In this document: positions 1 through 8,726 of the stretch, one piece after another
How positions within the stretch are numbered: position 1 is the first letter of the stretch
Layout: the number at the start of each line of letters is the position of its first letter
Source of the DNA: Synechococcales cyanobacterium VAR_4_metabat_354
GTDB taxonomy: Bacteria > Cyanobacteriota > Cyanobacteriia > Cyanobacteriales > Chamaesiphonaceae
Direction: 5' to 3'
Assembly: GCA_031414775.1 (NCBI GenBank)
Contig: JANOQI010000025.1
Span: 1-37,875, forward strand
Length of the DNA: 37,875 nt
Notes under the pieces: model-generated
What the model was told of the DNA's origin: nothing
The model's input: the letters and a program-made list of their open reading frames with translations, nothing else
Database searches by the model: none
Translations under genes and position numbers: made by a program

Positions 1-82
1 GCGGTAATTTAGAGGCAACTCGTAATTCTTGCAGGGTTCTTTCTTGCTCTGAAGTGAGACTGATTCTGAGTGGAGCTGGCAT
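1..82 (-). CDS. IS630-family transposase / HTH N-terminus (partial, runs off window)
   Basis: Hand translation MPAPLRISLTSEQERTLQELRVASKLP resembles cyanobacterial IS630 transposase N-termini. Not in the ORF track. Confidence 0.7.
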   Translation of the reverse strand, partial: MPAPLRISLTSEQERTLQELRVASKLP

Positions 83-138
83 AACACTTAATTAGTTTTT
101 CTATCTTCATCATACTTTTATTGTGGGCATTCTACTTA
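1..138 (-). mobile_element. End of an IS630-family-like insertion sequence (rest lies off the window), inserted at a TA in a Fic gene
   Basis: The minus strand reads TAAGTAGAATGCCCACAATAAAAG from 138 down, then a transposase-like start at 82. The TA at 137-138 is the first two bases of the TAC codon where Fic-like sequence (YHLLQLVR) resumes. IS630 elements target TA. Confidence 0.65.
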
Positions 139-529
139 CCATCTGTTGCAATTAGTCCGAAATAGTAATGATTGGGAGAACTGGATTTTATTTATGCTTA
201 CAGGTGTAGAGCAGACCTCCATACAAACTATTACCTTGATAGAAAATATCAAGCGCTTGATGATCCACATCAAAAACCGACTACGCAGTGACCTACCTAA
301 AATATACAGTCAAGACCTACTCAATAATATTTTCCGCCATCCATATACAAAGACCGAATTTCTATCTCTGAAACTTAATATCACTAGGCAAACAGCAGCA
401 AAATATCTAAAAGAATTAGTTAATGTTGGCTTACTAGAAAAGTATCAAATTGGCAAAGAGAATTTCTATCTTAATAGACCATTATATGACCTACTACTCC
501 ACGCTAACACCGGAGCAGAGCATACATAA
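137..529 (+). pseudogene. 3' part of a Fic-family protein with C-terminal HTH (SoFic-like), cut by the IS
   Basis: YHLLQLVRNSNDWENWILFML...FRHPYTK...ITRQTAAKYLKEL...GKENFYLN matches the Fic C-terminal helices plus wHTH. The catalytic HPFxDGNGR motif is not in the window. Confidence 0.8.
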
Positions 530-697
530 ACAAAATTTATGTTATTGAGAGATTTCATCATAAGAAAAGGAACCTCACGTTAGTAAATCCTGCTTTTTTT
601 GACATATATCACCGCTAATTTTGCAAAAGTAGAGATAGTCATAAGTTAAATCAATCTCTTGCTAGACAGGTATTGGATCATATTTTGTCTAGCTTTT

Positions 698-778
698 TGC
701 GATCGATTGGAAAAGTCGATCACATCTGCCAAAGGCAAACAAACAGATCTACTCAACACATTGATGTCACAGGTTTAG
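698..778 (+). repeat. hsdS-like 3' tail, copy 1
   Basis: Translates CDRLEKSITSAKGKQTDLLNTLMSQV*. 70/81 nt identical to copy 3 (1667-1747) by hand alignment. Confidence 0.75.
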
Positions 779-801
779 GAGATTTGCGCGGCTCCAGCCC
801 C

Positions 802-884
802 GTCCGCGAATAAATTGCGGACTACCTGAAATCAAGTCCACTTAAGTGGACTTCGGCTACTAGCCCGTGATTTATCTACGGGCG
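802..884. repeat. REP/REPIN-like palindromic element
   Basis: Hairpin gtccgc-gaataaatt-gcggac (802-822), perfect 20-bp palindrome aagtccacttaagtggactt (834-853) and hairpin gcccgt-gatttatct-acgggc (863-883). Confidence 0.7.
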
Positions 885-902
885 GTGTGGGAACGGAGCT
901 AA

Positions 903-1046
903 GATCGATCGATGAGGATGGGCGATTTGCTTACGCAACGCTGCGCAAACGATTAGAAGAGTCGATTACCTACGGTACGCCACGCGATCGTAGCCACCAA
1001 AAGCAAGCAGACCGACCGGCTGAATGCATTGATGTCACAGGTGTAA
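903..1046 (+). repeat. hsdS-like 3' tail, copy 2 (degenerate, with two small insertions)
   Basis: Aligns to copy 3 once 927-949 and 967-988 are removed: DRSMRMGDRLEESIVATKSKQTDRLNALMSQV*. Confidence 0.7.
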
Positions 1047-1112
1047 GGGCGATCAAATTTCAGGAAAATGGTAGGATAAGTGCAGTACTGTAGCCCGCCT
1101 AGGTAATATTTT

Positions 1113-1343
1113 ATGACCACACTCGATCGGGTATTAGAAACAGTCATGCAGCTTTCCCTAGATCAGCAAGAATTATTAATCGAAATCTTGCGCCAGCGGC
1201 ACATCGAAGCCAGCCGAGATGAAATTGCCAAAGATGCCCAAGAATCGATCGCTGCTTTCAAAGCAGGCAAATTAAAGTCTCAATCTGCCGAAGCTGTCAT
1301 TGCCGAGCTTCGCCACTCTCTCCATAACGATTTAGACGAATGA
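1113..1343 (+). CDS. Putative type II antitoxin
   Basis: 76-aa helical protein with an ATGA overlap into a RelE-family toxin. Extended -10-like TGGTAGGAT at 1069-1077. Confidence 0.75.
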   Translation: MTTLDRVLETVMQLSLDQQELLIEILRQRHIEASRDEIAKDAQESIAAFKAGKLKSQSAEAVIAELRHSLHNDLDE

Positions 1344-1630
1344 GAGAGCTAGTTCTGACCCCCAAATTCCAAAGAGCATTTCGGAAATTTGCGAAACGAA
1401 ACCCCGAACTCCAACAACGTATTGAAGAAACTTTACTTCAGATGCAATTAAATGTTTTCACACCTGAATTAGAAACACACAAACTAGGTGGAAAGTTGGC
1501 TGGATTAAGAGCATGTTCTTGCGGCTACGACTGTAGAGTGGTTTTCTCGATCGAAAAAATCGAGAATGCCGATACCGATCTAGAAGCCATTGTTTTACTT
1601 GATGTTGGCACTCATGACCATGTTTATTAG
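1340..1630 (+). CDS. Type II toxin, RelE/StbE/YafQ-family mRNA interferase
   Basis: TPKFQRAFRK...LETHKLGGKLAGLRACSCGYDCRVVF...LLDVGTHDHVY. Confidence 0.9.
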   Translation: MRELVLTPKFQRAFRKFAKRNPELQQRIEETLLQMQLNVFTPELETHKLGGKLAGLRACSCGYDCRVVFSIEKIENADTDLEAIVLLDVGTHDHVY

Positions 1631-1648
1631 AAATAGTAAAAATTGTTT

Positions 1649-1747
1649 GATCGATTGATGGGGATGTGCGATCGATTGGAAGAGTCGATCGAAGCCGCTA
1701 AAGGTAAACAGACAGATCTACTCAACGCATTGATATCACAGGTATAG
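1649..1747 (+). repeat. hsdS-like 3' tail, copy 3
   Basis: Translates DRLMGMCDRLEESIEAAKGKQTDLLNALISQV*, preceded by IVKIV in a shifted frame. Resembles the conserved HsdS C-terminal helix (RIVAKVDxLMALCDxLE). Confidence 0.75.
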
Positions 1748-1812
1748 AGGAATTACGTCACACAATCGAACTCACGTATAATAGAACAAAATTGAACTCT
1801 AGGTGGACAACG

Positions 1813-2376
1813 ATGGTTCGATCGCCCGTTAAAGTTATGACCTTAGCAGAATTCTTATTACTGAAAGAAACTAAGCCAGCAAATGAATTCATCGACGGTC
1901 AAATTATTCAAAAGCCAATGCCACAAGGAAAACATAGCTTAATTCAGGGACAACTAGTAATTAATCTTGAGGCAACGCTCAAACCTCGGAAAATTGCCCG
2001 TGCTTATCCCGAACTTCGTTGCAATTTTGGTGGTCGATCGACAGTACCCGATGTTACGGTATTTACCAGCGATCGCATTCCCCGTGATGAAAATGGTGAT
2101 ATTGCTAATGTGTTTGAAATAGCGCCAGATTGGGCGATTGAAATTCTGTCTCCCGACCAAAGCCGAACCAAGGTAACCAAAAACATTTTACATTGCTTGC
2201 AATACGGCACCCAGATGGGTTGGTTGATCGATCCAGCAGAGCGATCGGTGTTCGTCTATTCGGGAGATCGATCCACCCAAGTATTTGACGAAGAAATTGA
2301 TGTATTACCCGTGCCTGAATTTGCCCAAGACTTTGATCTCACTTTAGGTGATTTATTTGGATGGCTGCGCGATTAG
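1813..2376 (+). CDS. Uma2 (DUF820) family endonuclease-like protein
   Basis: EFIDGQIIQKPMPQGKHS, STVPDV, APDWAIEILSPDQ, GWLIDP. ATG at 1813 preferred over TTG 1792. TATAAT at 1777-1782. Confidence 0.92.
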   Translation: MVRSPVKVMTLAEFLLLKETKPANEFIDGQIIQKPMPQGKHSLIQGQLVINLEATLKPRKIARAYPELRCNFGGRSTVPDVTVFTSDRIPRDENGDIANVFEIAPDWAIEILSPDQSRTKVTKNILHCLQYGTQMGWLIDPAERSVFVYSGDRSTQVFDEEIDVLPVPEFAQDFDLTLGDLFGWLRD

Positions 2377-2462
2377 AAATTGCCACCGTGTTGAATCATT
2401 TGTTTGTATCGTTGTTGTCCAAGCTCAATATCACTACGGGAAGTCTTCTGAGTCTTCTTTTC
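2373..2462 (-). pseudogene. 3' remnant of a Gp49/HigB-like RelE toxin
   Basis: Hand translation EKKTQKTSRSDIELGQQRYKQMIQHGGNF*. KKTQKT...DIEL..QRY is typical of that family's C-terminus. No N-terminus is present. Confidence 0.6.
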
Positions 2463-2487
2463 AACTCCCTTTCCGATATATGTATAG

Positions 2488-2515
2488 AAAAAAAGAAGCC
2501 CATTGATAGGCTTCT
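2488..2515 (-). terminator. Intrinsic terminator after rplL
   Basis: Stem agaagcc/ggcttct followed by a U-tract on the minus strand. Confidence 0.8.
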
Positions 2516-2542
2516 CTGTTATCAAAATTTAGCTAAAAGCAA

Positions 2543-2923
2543 CTACTTAATAGTTACTTTGCCGCCAGCTTCTTCGATTTGCTTCTTAGCATCTTCAGCA
2601 GCATCCTTAGCTACGCCTTCACGGACAGCTTTAGGAGCAGCTTCTACCAAGTCCTTAGCTTCCTTTAGACCTAAGCCAGTCAAGCCACGTACGACTTTCA
2701 AGATGGCGATTTTCTTGTCATCAGGAACGTTTTCAAGAATGACATCAAATTCGCTCTTTTCTTCAACAGCTTCAGCCGGTGCACCACCGCCAGCAGCAGC
2801 AACTGCTACGGGTGCAGCTGCCGATACGCCAAAGGCTTCTTCGATTTGCTTAACAAGCTCAGCAGCTTCGAGTAAAGAAAGTACTTTTAACTCTTCTAAA
2901 ATTTTGTCGGTTGCAGCAGACAT
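2543..2923 (-). CDS. rplL: 50S ribosomal protein L7/L12
   Basis: [23 protein letters not shown]...[15 protein letters not shown]. Confidence 0.99.
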   Translation of the reverse strand: MSAATDKILEELKVLSLLEAAELVKQIEEAFGVSAAAPVAVAAAGGGAPAEAVEEKSEFDVILENVPDDKKIAILKVVRGLTGLGLKEAKDLVEAAPKAVREGVAKDAAEDAKKQIEEAGGKVTIK

Positions 2924-2984
2924 GTATGTTCTTCCTTAAGATTAGTAGAAATGACAGATGAAATACGATTATCGAAGGCAAAGC

Positions 2985-3506
2985 CTAGCCTTTGTCGGCA
3001 TGGGCTTGAAGACTTCTGGCAATAGAAGCCGGAACCTCTTTGACTCCGATCGCCACCTTGGCAGTGACCGAGTTGAGAGCGCCAGCAATTTGCGCCATGA
3101 TCTGTTCCTTGGATGGTAGATCGCCGATGGCTTTTACTTCAGCCTCCGACAGTACCTGGCCTTCCATGACTCCACCACGAAGGGTGGTTTTCTTGGTGGC
3201 TTTTTGGAACTCGTTGTAGGCTTTGATAGCACCACCAACGTCTTCTTGAATCAGCAAGAAAGCAGAAGGACCAGAGAGAAATTTCTCGACCAGTTGCCAC
3301 TTAGCGTCATCGGCAATGGCTTTGCCCATGAAGGTATTTTTAGTGACTTGGCAAATCGCACCTTTGGGGCGTAAACGCCGCCGCAGGTCAGTGATTTCAG
3401 CCACAGTCAGACCTTGATAATCGATCACTGCCACCATTTGGCTAGAACTCAGATTTTCTTTGAGTTCGGCCACAATCGCTTGCTTATTGGCTAGGGTTCT
3501 CCCCAT
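2985..3506 (-). CDS. rplJ: 50S ribosomal protein L10
   Basis: DYQGLTVAEITDLRRRL...VTKNT; operon position. Confidence 0.98.
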   Translation of the reverse strand: MGRTLANKQAIVAELKENLSSSQMVAVIDYQGLTVAEITDLRRRLRPKGAICQVTKNTFMGKAIADDAKWQLVEKFLSGPSAFLLIQEDVGGAIKAYNEFQKATKKTTLRGGVMEGQVLSEAEVKAIGDLPSKEQIMAQIAGALNSVTAKVAIGVKEVPASIARSLQAHADKG

Positions 3507-3563
3507 TGATAGACCTCGTGGGTGGGCAGTTGACGGTATTTATTTGGCTCGGACATCCACAAA

Positions 3564-3675
3564 CATTGACCCCAGCGGGCAGCCGGGGTCAATGGTAATC
3601 AGCAATTTAGTTGCTGGCGTTAACCTCGGCAGGATAATTATGTCTTGACGACACCTGCTGTCTGTGGCTGTAGCT
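3564..3675 (-). promoter_or_regulatory. L10 leader (ribosomal protein autoregulatory RNA)
   Basis: Minus strand CCACAGACAGCAGGTG...TAATTATCCTGCCGAGGT core, then a GC-rich hairpin (cattgacccc...ggggtcaatg), lying between rplA and rplJ. Confidence 0.85.
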
Positions 3676-3731
3676 ATTCACTTGTTGGCTAACGCCAGAT
3701 TGGGAAATAAACTCTCGAACACAAATATTAT

Positions 3732-4442
3732 TTAGCCTTCAGACTTAAAGTCTCGAAGAGCATTGATATCGACTTCGATACCAGGACCCATAGTAGCAGA
3801 TATGTAGATACTGCGCCAGTAGCGTCCCTTTGCACCAGATGGACGGTTCCGATCGATGTTTTCTTGCAAAGCTTTCAGGTTAACAAGGAGGTCTTCTGCA
3901 CTAAAAGCAGTTTTCCCAAACATGACGTGAACGATACCTGTCCGGTCAGCTCTGTATTCTAGCTTACCTGCTTTGAATTCGGCAATAGCTTTACCTAAAT
4001 CGGTAGCCACTGTTCCGGCCTTCGGCGAGGGCATCAAACCGCGTGGACCGAGTACCCGACCTAGTTTAGCAATTTGGGGCATCATGTCGGGAGTAGCAAT
4101 CAGCAAATCAAAATCCATCATCCCTTTTTGGATTTCTTCGATCAGTTCTTCCGAACCAGCTAAATCGGCACCGGCATTTTTGGCTTCAGCCACTTTTTCA
4201 CCACGGGCAATAACAGCCACGCGGATGGTCTGACCAGTGCCCTTCGGCAGGACAACGGTGGTACGCAGCTGTTGGTCGGTGTACTTAGGGTCAATACCGA
4301 GGCGGATGTGCACTTCTGCTGATTCTGGAAATTTAGCAGTGGCCGTATCTTTAAGTAGGGTGAGTGCTTCCAGCGGCTCGTAAGGGCGGGTTTCTACTTT
4401 TTTTAGTAGTTCTTGAGAACGCCGTGAATATTTCTTAGTCAT
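3732..4442 (-). CDS. rplA: 50S ribosomal protein L1
   Basis: [19 protein letters not shown]. Confidence 0.99.
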   Translation of the reverse strand: MTKKYSRRSQELLKKVETRPYEPLEALTLLKDTATAKFPESAEVHIRLGIDPKYTDQQLRTTVVLPKGTGQTIRVAVIARGEKVAEAKNAGADLAGSEELIEEIQKGMMDFDLLIATPDMMPQIAKLGRVLGPRGLMPSPKAGTVATDLGKAIAEFKAGKLEYRADRTGIVHVMFGKTAFSAEDLLVNLKALQENIDRNRPSGAKGRYWRSIYISATMGPGIEVDINALRDFKSEG

Positions 4443-4515
4443 GGTTATTCCTGGGGTCGATCGCGAAGTGTATTACTTCTGCCCCGATAAAAGGTGAATA
4501 GATTAAGTTTAATAA

Positions 4516-4941
4516 CTAGTCGGTGATGGTAATGCCCATGTTGCGAGCGGTGCCGCCCACGATGTTCATGGCTGCTTCTAAGTCATTAGCATTAAGATCG
4601 GGCATTTTGACTTTGGCAATCTCAGCTAGTTGAGCCTTAGTAATGCTGCCTACTTTCTTTTTATTGGGTTCATTAGAACCGACTTCCACGCCAGCCGCTT
4701 TTTTAATTAAAATCGAAGCTGGTGAGGTTTTGAGAATGAAGGTGAAACTACGATCTTCATAGACCGAGATTTCGACTGGGATGACGGTACCAGTTTGATC
4801 CTGAGTGCGGGCATTGTAATCTTTACAGAATGCCATGATGTTCACACCGTGCTGACCCAATGCGGGACCAACAGGCGGTGCGGGGTTAGCCTTACCAGCG
4901 TTGAGCGCTAGTTTGACGATTGCTACTACTTTTTTTGCCAT
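4516..4941 (-). CDS. rplK: 50S ribosomal protein L11
   Basis: [22 protein letters not shown]. Confidence 0.99.
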   Translation of the reverse strand: MAKKVVAIVKLALNAGKANPAPPVGPALGQHGVNIMAFCKDYNARTQDQTGTVIPVEISVYEDRSFTFILKTSPASILIKKAAGVEVGSNEPNKKKVGSITKAQLAEIAKVKMPDLNANDLEAAMNIVGGTARNMGITITD

Positions 4942-4945
4942 TTTG

Positions 4946-5563
4946 CTATTGTTTTTGAACCTGATTGAACTCTAATTCTACGGGGGTATCGCGCCCAAAG
5001 ATCGAAAGAAGGGCTTTGAGTTTGCTCCGTTCGGGGCTAACTTCAATAACTTCTCCGGCAAAATCTTTGAATGGGCCAGCAAGCACCACGACTTTGTCGC
5101 CTTCATTGAGGTTAGTTTTGACCACTGGTTCTTGCTCGGCAGCTTGCCGGAAGATCCGATCGACTTCACCATGAGACAAGGGCAGTGGTTTGACATGGCC
5201 GCGACCGCGCCCATAGCCACGTTTTTGCTCGGCACCAACAAAGTTGATTACGTTGGGGGTGTTTTTAACCACCTGCCAAGCGTCATCATCCATCGCCATC
5301 CTTACCAGTACATAACCAGGGAAAACTTTTTCCTCGGCAGATACTTTGCTACCGTCTTTGCGGAGCCGAACGATGGGGGACTGGGGGATTTCTATCTGCA
5401 TGATGCGATCGCTCACATCAAAGGATTGAATCCGTTGGGTTAAGTCCAGTTTGACCTTGTTTTCGCAACCAGAGGCTACCTGTACTGCATACCACCGGGG
5501 GGTGGCACTAAAGTCAACATTGCTGTTAGTTAAGGAATCATCAGTTTGAGAACTCATGGGCAT
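4946..5563 (-). CDS. nusG: Transcription termination/antitermination factor NusG
   Basis: [21 protein letters not shown] domain GPFKDF...[11 protein letters not shown]. Confidence 0.98.
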   Translation of the reverse strand: MPMSSQTDDSLTNSNVDFSATPRWYAVQVASGCENKVKLDLTQRIQSFDVSDRIMQIEIPQSPIVRLRKDGSKVSAEEKVFPGYVLVRMAMDDDAWQVVKNTPNVINFVGAEQKRGYGRGRGHVKPLPLSHGEVDRIFRQAAEQEPVVKTNLNEGDKVVVLAGPFKDFAGEVIEVSPERSKLKALLSIFGRDTPVELEFNQVQKQ

Positions 5564-5573
5564 ATCTTTCCAG

Positions 5574-5828
5574 CTATGACTGTGTAAATATAATTGCAGC
5601 TGCCCATTGGAATAGATTATTTACACCGTAAATAACCGCAGCCGACAGCGACACGGTAAGCACGACTGCTAAAGATTCGCTAATTAGCTGTTGCCGACTT
5701 GGCCAGATGACCTTGCCAAGCTCGTCTTTGCTATCTTTAACAAAACCTACGACATCAATACCCGATTTGGATTTCTCAGTCGGCGTGCTACTAGCAGACT
5801 TTTCAGGCGTGTCAGTTTTTTTGGCCAC
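5574..5828 (-). CDS. secE: Preprotein translocase SecE
   Basis: ELGKVIWPSRQQL plus one TM helix; GTG start. Confidence 0.95.
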   Translation of the reverse strand: MAKKTDTPEKSASSTPTEKSKSGIDVVGFVKDSKDELGKVIWPSRQQLISESLAVVLTVSLSAAVIYGVNNLFQWAAAIIFTQS

Positions 5829-6008
5829 AGGGTCTTACACCTCACCTAGGGTTAATGAGAATGATAATAGAACATCTGGCGATCAGCCAGAGTCTAGTCA
5901 CCAATCTATCATTTTAATGGAAAACCCGGTTGAGGGTTTGCCTATTTATGGATGCAGTTGGGAAGCCAATAATTTATGAAACAAATGCTACGCGAAAACT
6001 TTTAGGGA

Positions 6009-6036
6009 AAACCAGCTCAAATTTCTGGGCTGGTTT
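6009..6036. terminator. Probable terminator hairpin after the GNAT gene
   Basis: aaaccagctc...gggctggttt stem just past the 6046 stop. Confidence 0.55.
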
Positions 6037-6045
6037 CGATGGTTT

Positions 6046-6525
6046 TTATAGCTTCTTTTCCCAGAACAAAGCTTTACCAAGTCGCGGATTGAGTTCGTAA
6101 TTATGAAATCCACAAGCTAGGTACGCAGCTTGAGCAATATGATTATTTTCTAAGACTTCGAGGGTGAGCTTACAACAGTCCAAACTAATGGCGATCGACT
6201 CCGCTTTGTGTAACATTAGTTTAGATATTCCCTTCCCTCGTTGTGATTCAGTAACGATCACATCATGAATATTAAGCAAAGGCTGGCAAGCAAAGGTCGA
6301 AAATCCTTCCAGGCAGATAACTAGTCCAGCAGGAACTTCATCTACAAAGGCCAATATGACATGTACTGTTTTTCTTTGGGCTAATTCTTTGGTCAGGTTA
6401 GTCTGAGCATAGTCTGACAAACCTTGACCACCGCCGGTCGGGTCGAGGGCATATTCATGCAGTAGTTGCACTACGGCTTGGGCTTGAGTAGGAACGCTGA
6501 GATCGGCAATACAAACTTCTATCAT
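6046..6525 (-). CDS. GNAT family N-acetyltransferase
   Basis: LNIHDVIVTESQRGKGIS acetyl-CoA motif; KLTLEVLENN. Confidence 0.92.
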   Translation of the reverse strand: MIEVCIADLSVPTQAQAVVQLLHEYALDPTGGGQGLSDYAQTNLTKELAQRKTVHVILAFVDEVPAGLVICLEGFSTFACQPLLNIHDVIVTESQRGKGISKLMLHKAESIAISLDCCKLTLEVLENNHIAQAAYLACGFHNYELNPRLGKALFWEKKL

Positions 6526-6557
6526 TAATTTTTTCTATTCGGTTTTGAGATGACCAA

Positions 6558-7097
6558 TTAACCATCGATCGGACAATCTGGGGTAGCCAACACCAGCTGA
6601 TAAAAACCTAAATCTAGCCAGCAGCCAAACTTAAAACCAGCCTGTTGAATGGTACCAGCATGGGTAAATCCTAACTGGCTATGCAGGGCAATGCTGTCAT
6701 AATTGGTCATATCAATACCACCAATCATGGTGTGATATTGTTGCTCACTGGCGATCACAATTAGCCGCCGCATCAAAGCCAAACCTAAGCCCTGACGGCG
6801 ATGATCGGGATGAACGTAGACTGAATGCTCGATCGAATACTTATAAGCTGGCCAAGCTCGAAAGGTGCCGTAGCTAGCAAAGCCCAACAGCTGGCCGTCC
6901 TCGCTGATTGCCCCAATTACGGGGAAATTGCCGTTTTCTTTTGTCTGGAACCAAGTAGTCATGCTCTCGATCGATCGTGGCTGATAGTCGTACAAAGCAG
7001 TGGAGTTAGCGATCGCCTCATTCAATATATCTAGAATGGCCTGAGCATATAACTCATAAGTACAGGCCACAAAATGAAATTTTATTGATTTTGCCAC
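6558..7097 (-). CDS. GNAT, phosphinothricin/methionine-sulfoximine acetyltransferase (Pat/YncA-like)
   Basis: GFASYGTFRAWPAYKYSIEHSVYVHPDHRRQGLG, GFKFGCWLD. Start uncertain; GTG 7097 chosen because the track ORF's N-terminus is a shadow of the CPBP gene. Confidence 0.88.
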   Translation of the reverse strand: MAKSIKFHFVACTYELYAQAILDILNEAIANSTALYDYQPRSIESMTTWFQTKENGNFPVIGAISEDGQLLGFASYGTFRAWPAYKYSIEHSVYVHPDHRRQGLGLALMRRLIVIASEQQYHTMIGGIDMTNYDSIALHSQLGFTHAGTIQQAGFKFGCWLDLGFYQLVLATPDCPIDG

Positions 7098-7657
7098 TTC
7101 CAAATTGCCCCGGAGCAAAGATTGCAGCAAATATGCGCTCCGATCGGCACCAACATATTGCCAGTCACCAGCAAAGCGTAACCCAAGGCCGTGCCCACCA
7201 CCCCCGCCCAGAGCGCGTAAGGCCACTGGCGGGTACCGCTCATGTGCAACAGGCCAAAGCACACCGCCGCAATCAGCACACCGCCCAGGTTGTAGCCCAT
7301 ACTGGGTAGCATCACGCCTCGAAACAGCAGCTCTTCACTGATGCCAGGCAACAGACCCAACCAGAGCAGATCTGGCCAAGCTAAAGGTTTCATCACAAAA
7401 GCTAGATAGAAATCAGCACTGGTACGATAGGCTGGCCACAACCGATAGACGATATTGCTCAAACCGGTAATTATTAACCCTAAAGCAACGGCAATGCCCA
7501 GATCTACCCAACTAAAAGACATCGGCAACAAAGTCATCTGGCCGAAATACAACCATAACTTGGCAAAAATTAGTAGCAAAACGGCGGTTAAACCCATTGC
7601 ACCCAAAATTTCAAAGCGATTTGGGGACTCCACTTCTGGGGCTGGGGATTTGCTCAT
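7082..7657 (-). CDS. CPBP (CAAX/Abi) intramembrane glutamic protease
   Basis: ISEELLFRG, FGLLH, AHICCN motifs. Confidence 0.92.
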   Translation of the reverse strand: MSKSPAPEVESPNRFEILGAMGLTAVLLLIFAKLWLYFGQMTLLPMSFSWVDLGIAVALGLIITGLSNIVYRLWPAYRTSADFYLAFVMKPLAWPDLLWLGLLPGISEELLFRGVMLPSMGYNLGGVLIAAVCFGLLHMSGTRQWPYALWAGVVGTALGYALLVTGNMLVPIGAHICCNLCSGAIWKWQNQ

Positions 7658-7671
7658 GAAGACATCTAAAA

Positions 7672-8724
7672 CTACGCTAGCTTTTGTAAGGGTTGAACTT
7701 GAGCCGAAAAACTGTCCAAGCTCATACCTGCTCGATCGACTGTCACGACCCCAATTGCTTCTAGATAAGAACGGACTGGAATGACGGTGATGCCCAAATC
7801 TTCTGGATAGACGCTCATCCGGGTGTGATTTTCAGCTACTGTGATTATCTTAGCTGATCCCGCCGCCCATTTCAGTAAGCCGCTACCGCCACAAGCACTG
7901 GCTGGAATGACCACAGCATCTACGCTAGATGTCCAAATGCTGCCCTGCTGCTCTTTATGATTCGTTGTAAACTGCGGAGCTTTGCTCAAGCCCACCAAAA
8001 CGCAGGGCAAAAAAGTGTAACCCAATTCTTCAGCAGCCGATCGCGGAGAAATTTCCGGGTCTACAGTCAGCGGGGATAATGCGGGGGCATGGGCGCAGGG
8101 GATCTGAAATTGGCGCACAATTAAGTGCGAAATGACCGCTTCGACCCCGGCTAAGGGGTCAACACCGATGCCGTGGCGATATTCTTGTAATACAGTCGCA
8201 CCGGGATCATCGGGGAATCTGGCGACGACGGCGATCGCTTGCGCGCCTTGCTGTTTAATTAATTTCTCTGTAGCACGCAGCAAACTATCTGGACGGGCGA
8301 TCGTTCCCCACGAGGCTCCAGAACCGGCGGTTTGCAGCTCGACCCCCAGCGGCTCATCGGTCAAAATATAATCGGTCAAGCTCAAGCCCAAGGTGGCTCG
8401 CGCCGCATCTGCTGCTTGCAAATGGCGCTGCAACAATTCTGGTTCGATCGATCTATCAAATACTAATCCCACCCGATTTTGCACCACCGGATTTAAGCCC
8501 CAGGCTCCGGCGGCAAACTGGTCAAGGGCATAGCCTTCTACATACAAGGCATTGGGTAACGGCCAGTACATCTGTGCCCCATTCATCACATTGGGATGGG
8601 TAATCAATCGATCGCAACTAGCAGCTAGAGCCTTAGCAATCGGCAGGGCATCGCCAGCATAGCCACCCATGCTGGCACCAATACCAGTGGGGATAATTAA
8701 TACAACAGTGTAAGGAGGAGACAT
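7672..8724 (-). CDS. DUF3326 family protein
   Basis: IIPTGIGASMGGYAGDALP, ITHPNVMNGA, GVDPLAGVEAVISH. Confidence 0.88.
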   Translation of the reverse strand: MSPPYTVVLIIPTGIGASMGGYAGDALPIAKALAASCDRLITHPNVMNGAQMYWPLPNALYVEGYALDQFAAGAWGLNPVVQNRVGLVFDRSIEPELLQRHLQAADAARATLGLSLTDYILTDEPLGVELQTAGSGASWGTIARPDSLLRATEKLIKQQGAQAIAVVARFPDDPGATVLQEYRHGIGVDPLAGVEAVISHLIVRQFQIPCAHAPALSPLTVDPEISPRSAAEELGYTFLPCVLVGLSKAPQFTTNHKEQQGSIWTSSVDAVVIPASACGGSGLLKWAAGSAKIITVAENHTRMSVYPEDLGITVIPVRSYLEAIGVVTVDRAGMSLDSFSAQVQPLQKLA

Positions 8725-8726
8725 AG

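Noticed and set aside
661..693. Inverted repeat gctagaca...tgtctagc before repeat copy 1
   Set aside because: Only 8 bp, and absent before copies 2 and 3.
887..1093. 68-aa ORF
   Set aside because: Chance frame across degenerate repeat copy 2 and its insertions.
698..1747. Repeats as a CRISPR array or integron attC sites
   Set aside because: Too long, divergent and irregularly spaced; coding-like substitution pattern; no attC core sites, cas or integrase visible.
2361..2939. 192-aa plus-strand ORF and the many other antisense or alternate-frame ORFs in the track
   Set aside because: Shadows of well-supported genes such as rplL, rplA, leuB, pdhA and ccoN.
5851..5869. Fur-box-like GTTAATGAGAATGATAATA upstream of secE
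   Set aside because: 14/19 match in AT-rich sequence, with no iron-related gene attached.
7098..7262. Gly-rich N-terminal extension of the Pat-like GNAT
   Set aside because: Alternate frame of the CPBP protease gene.
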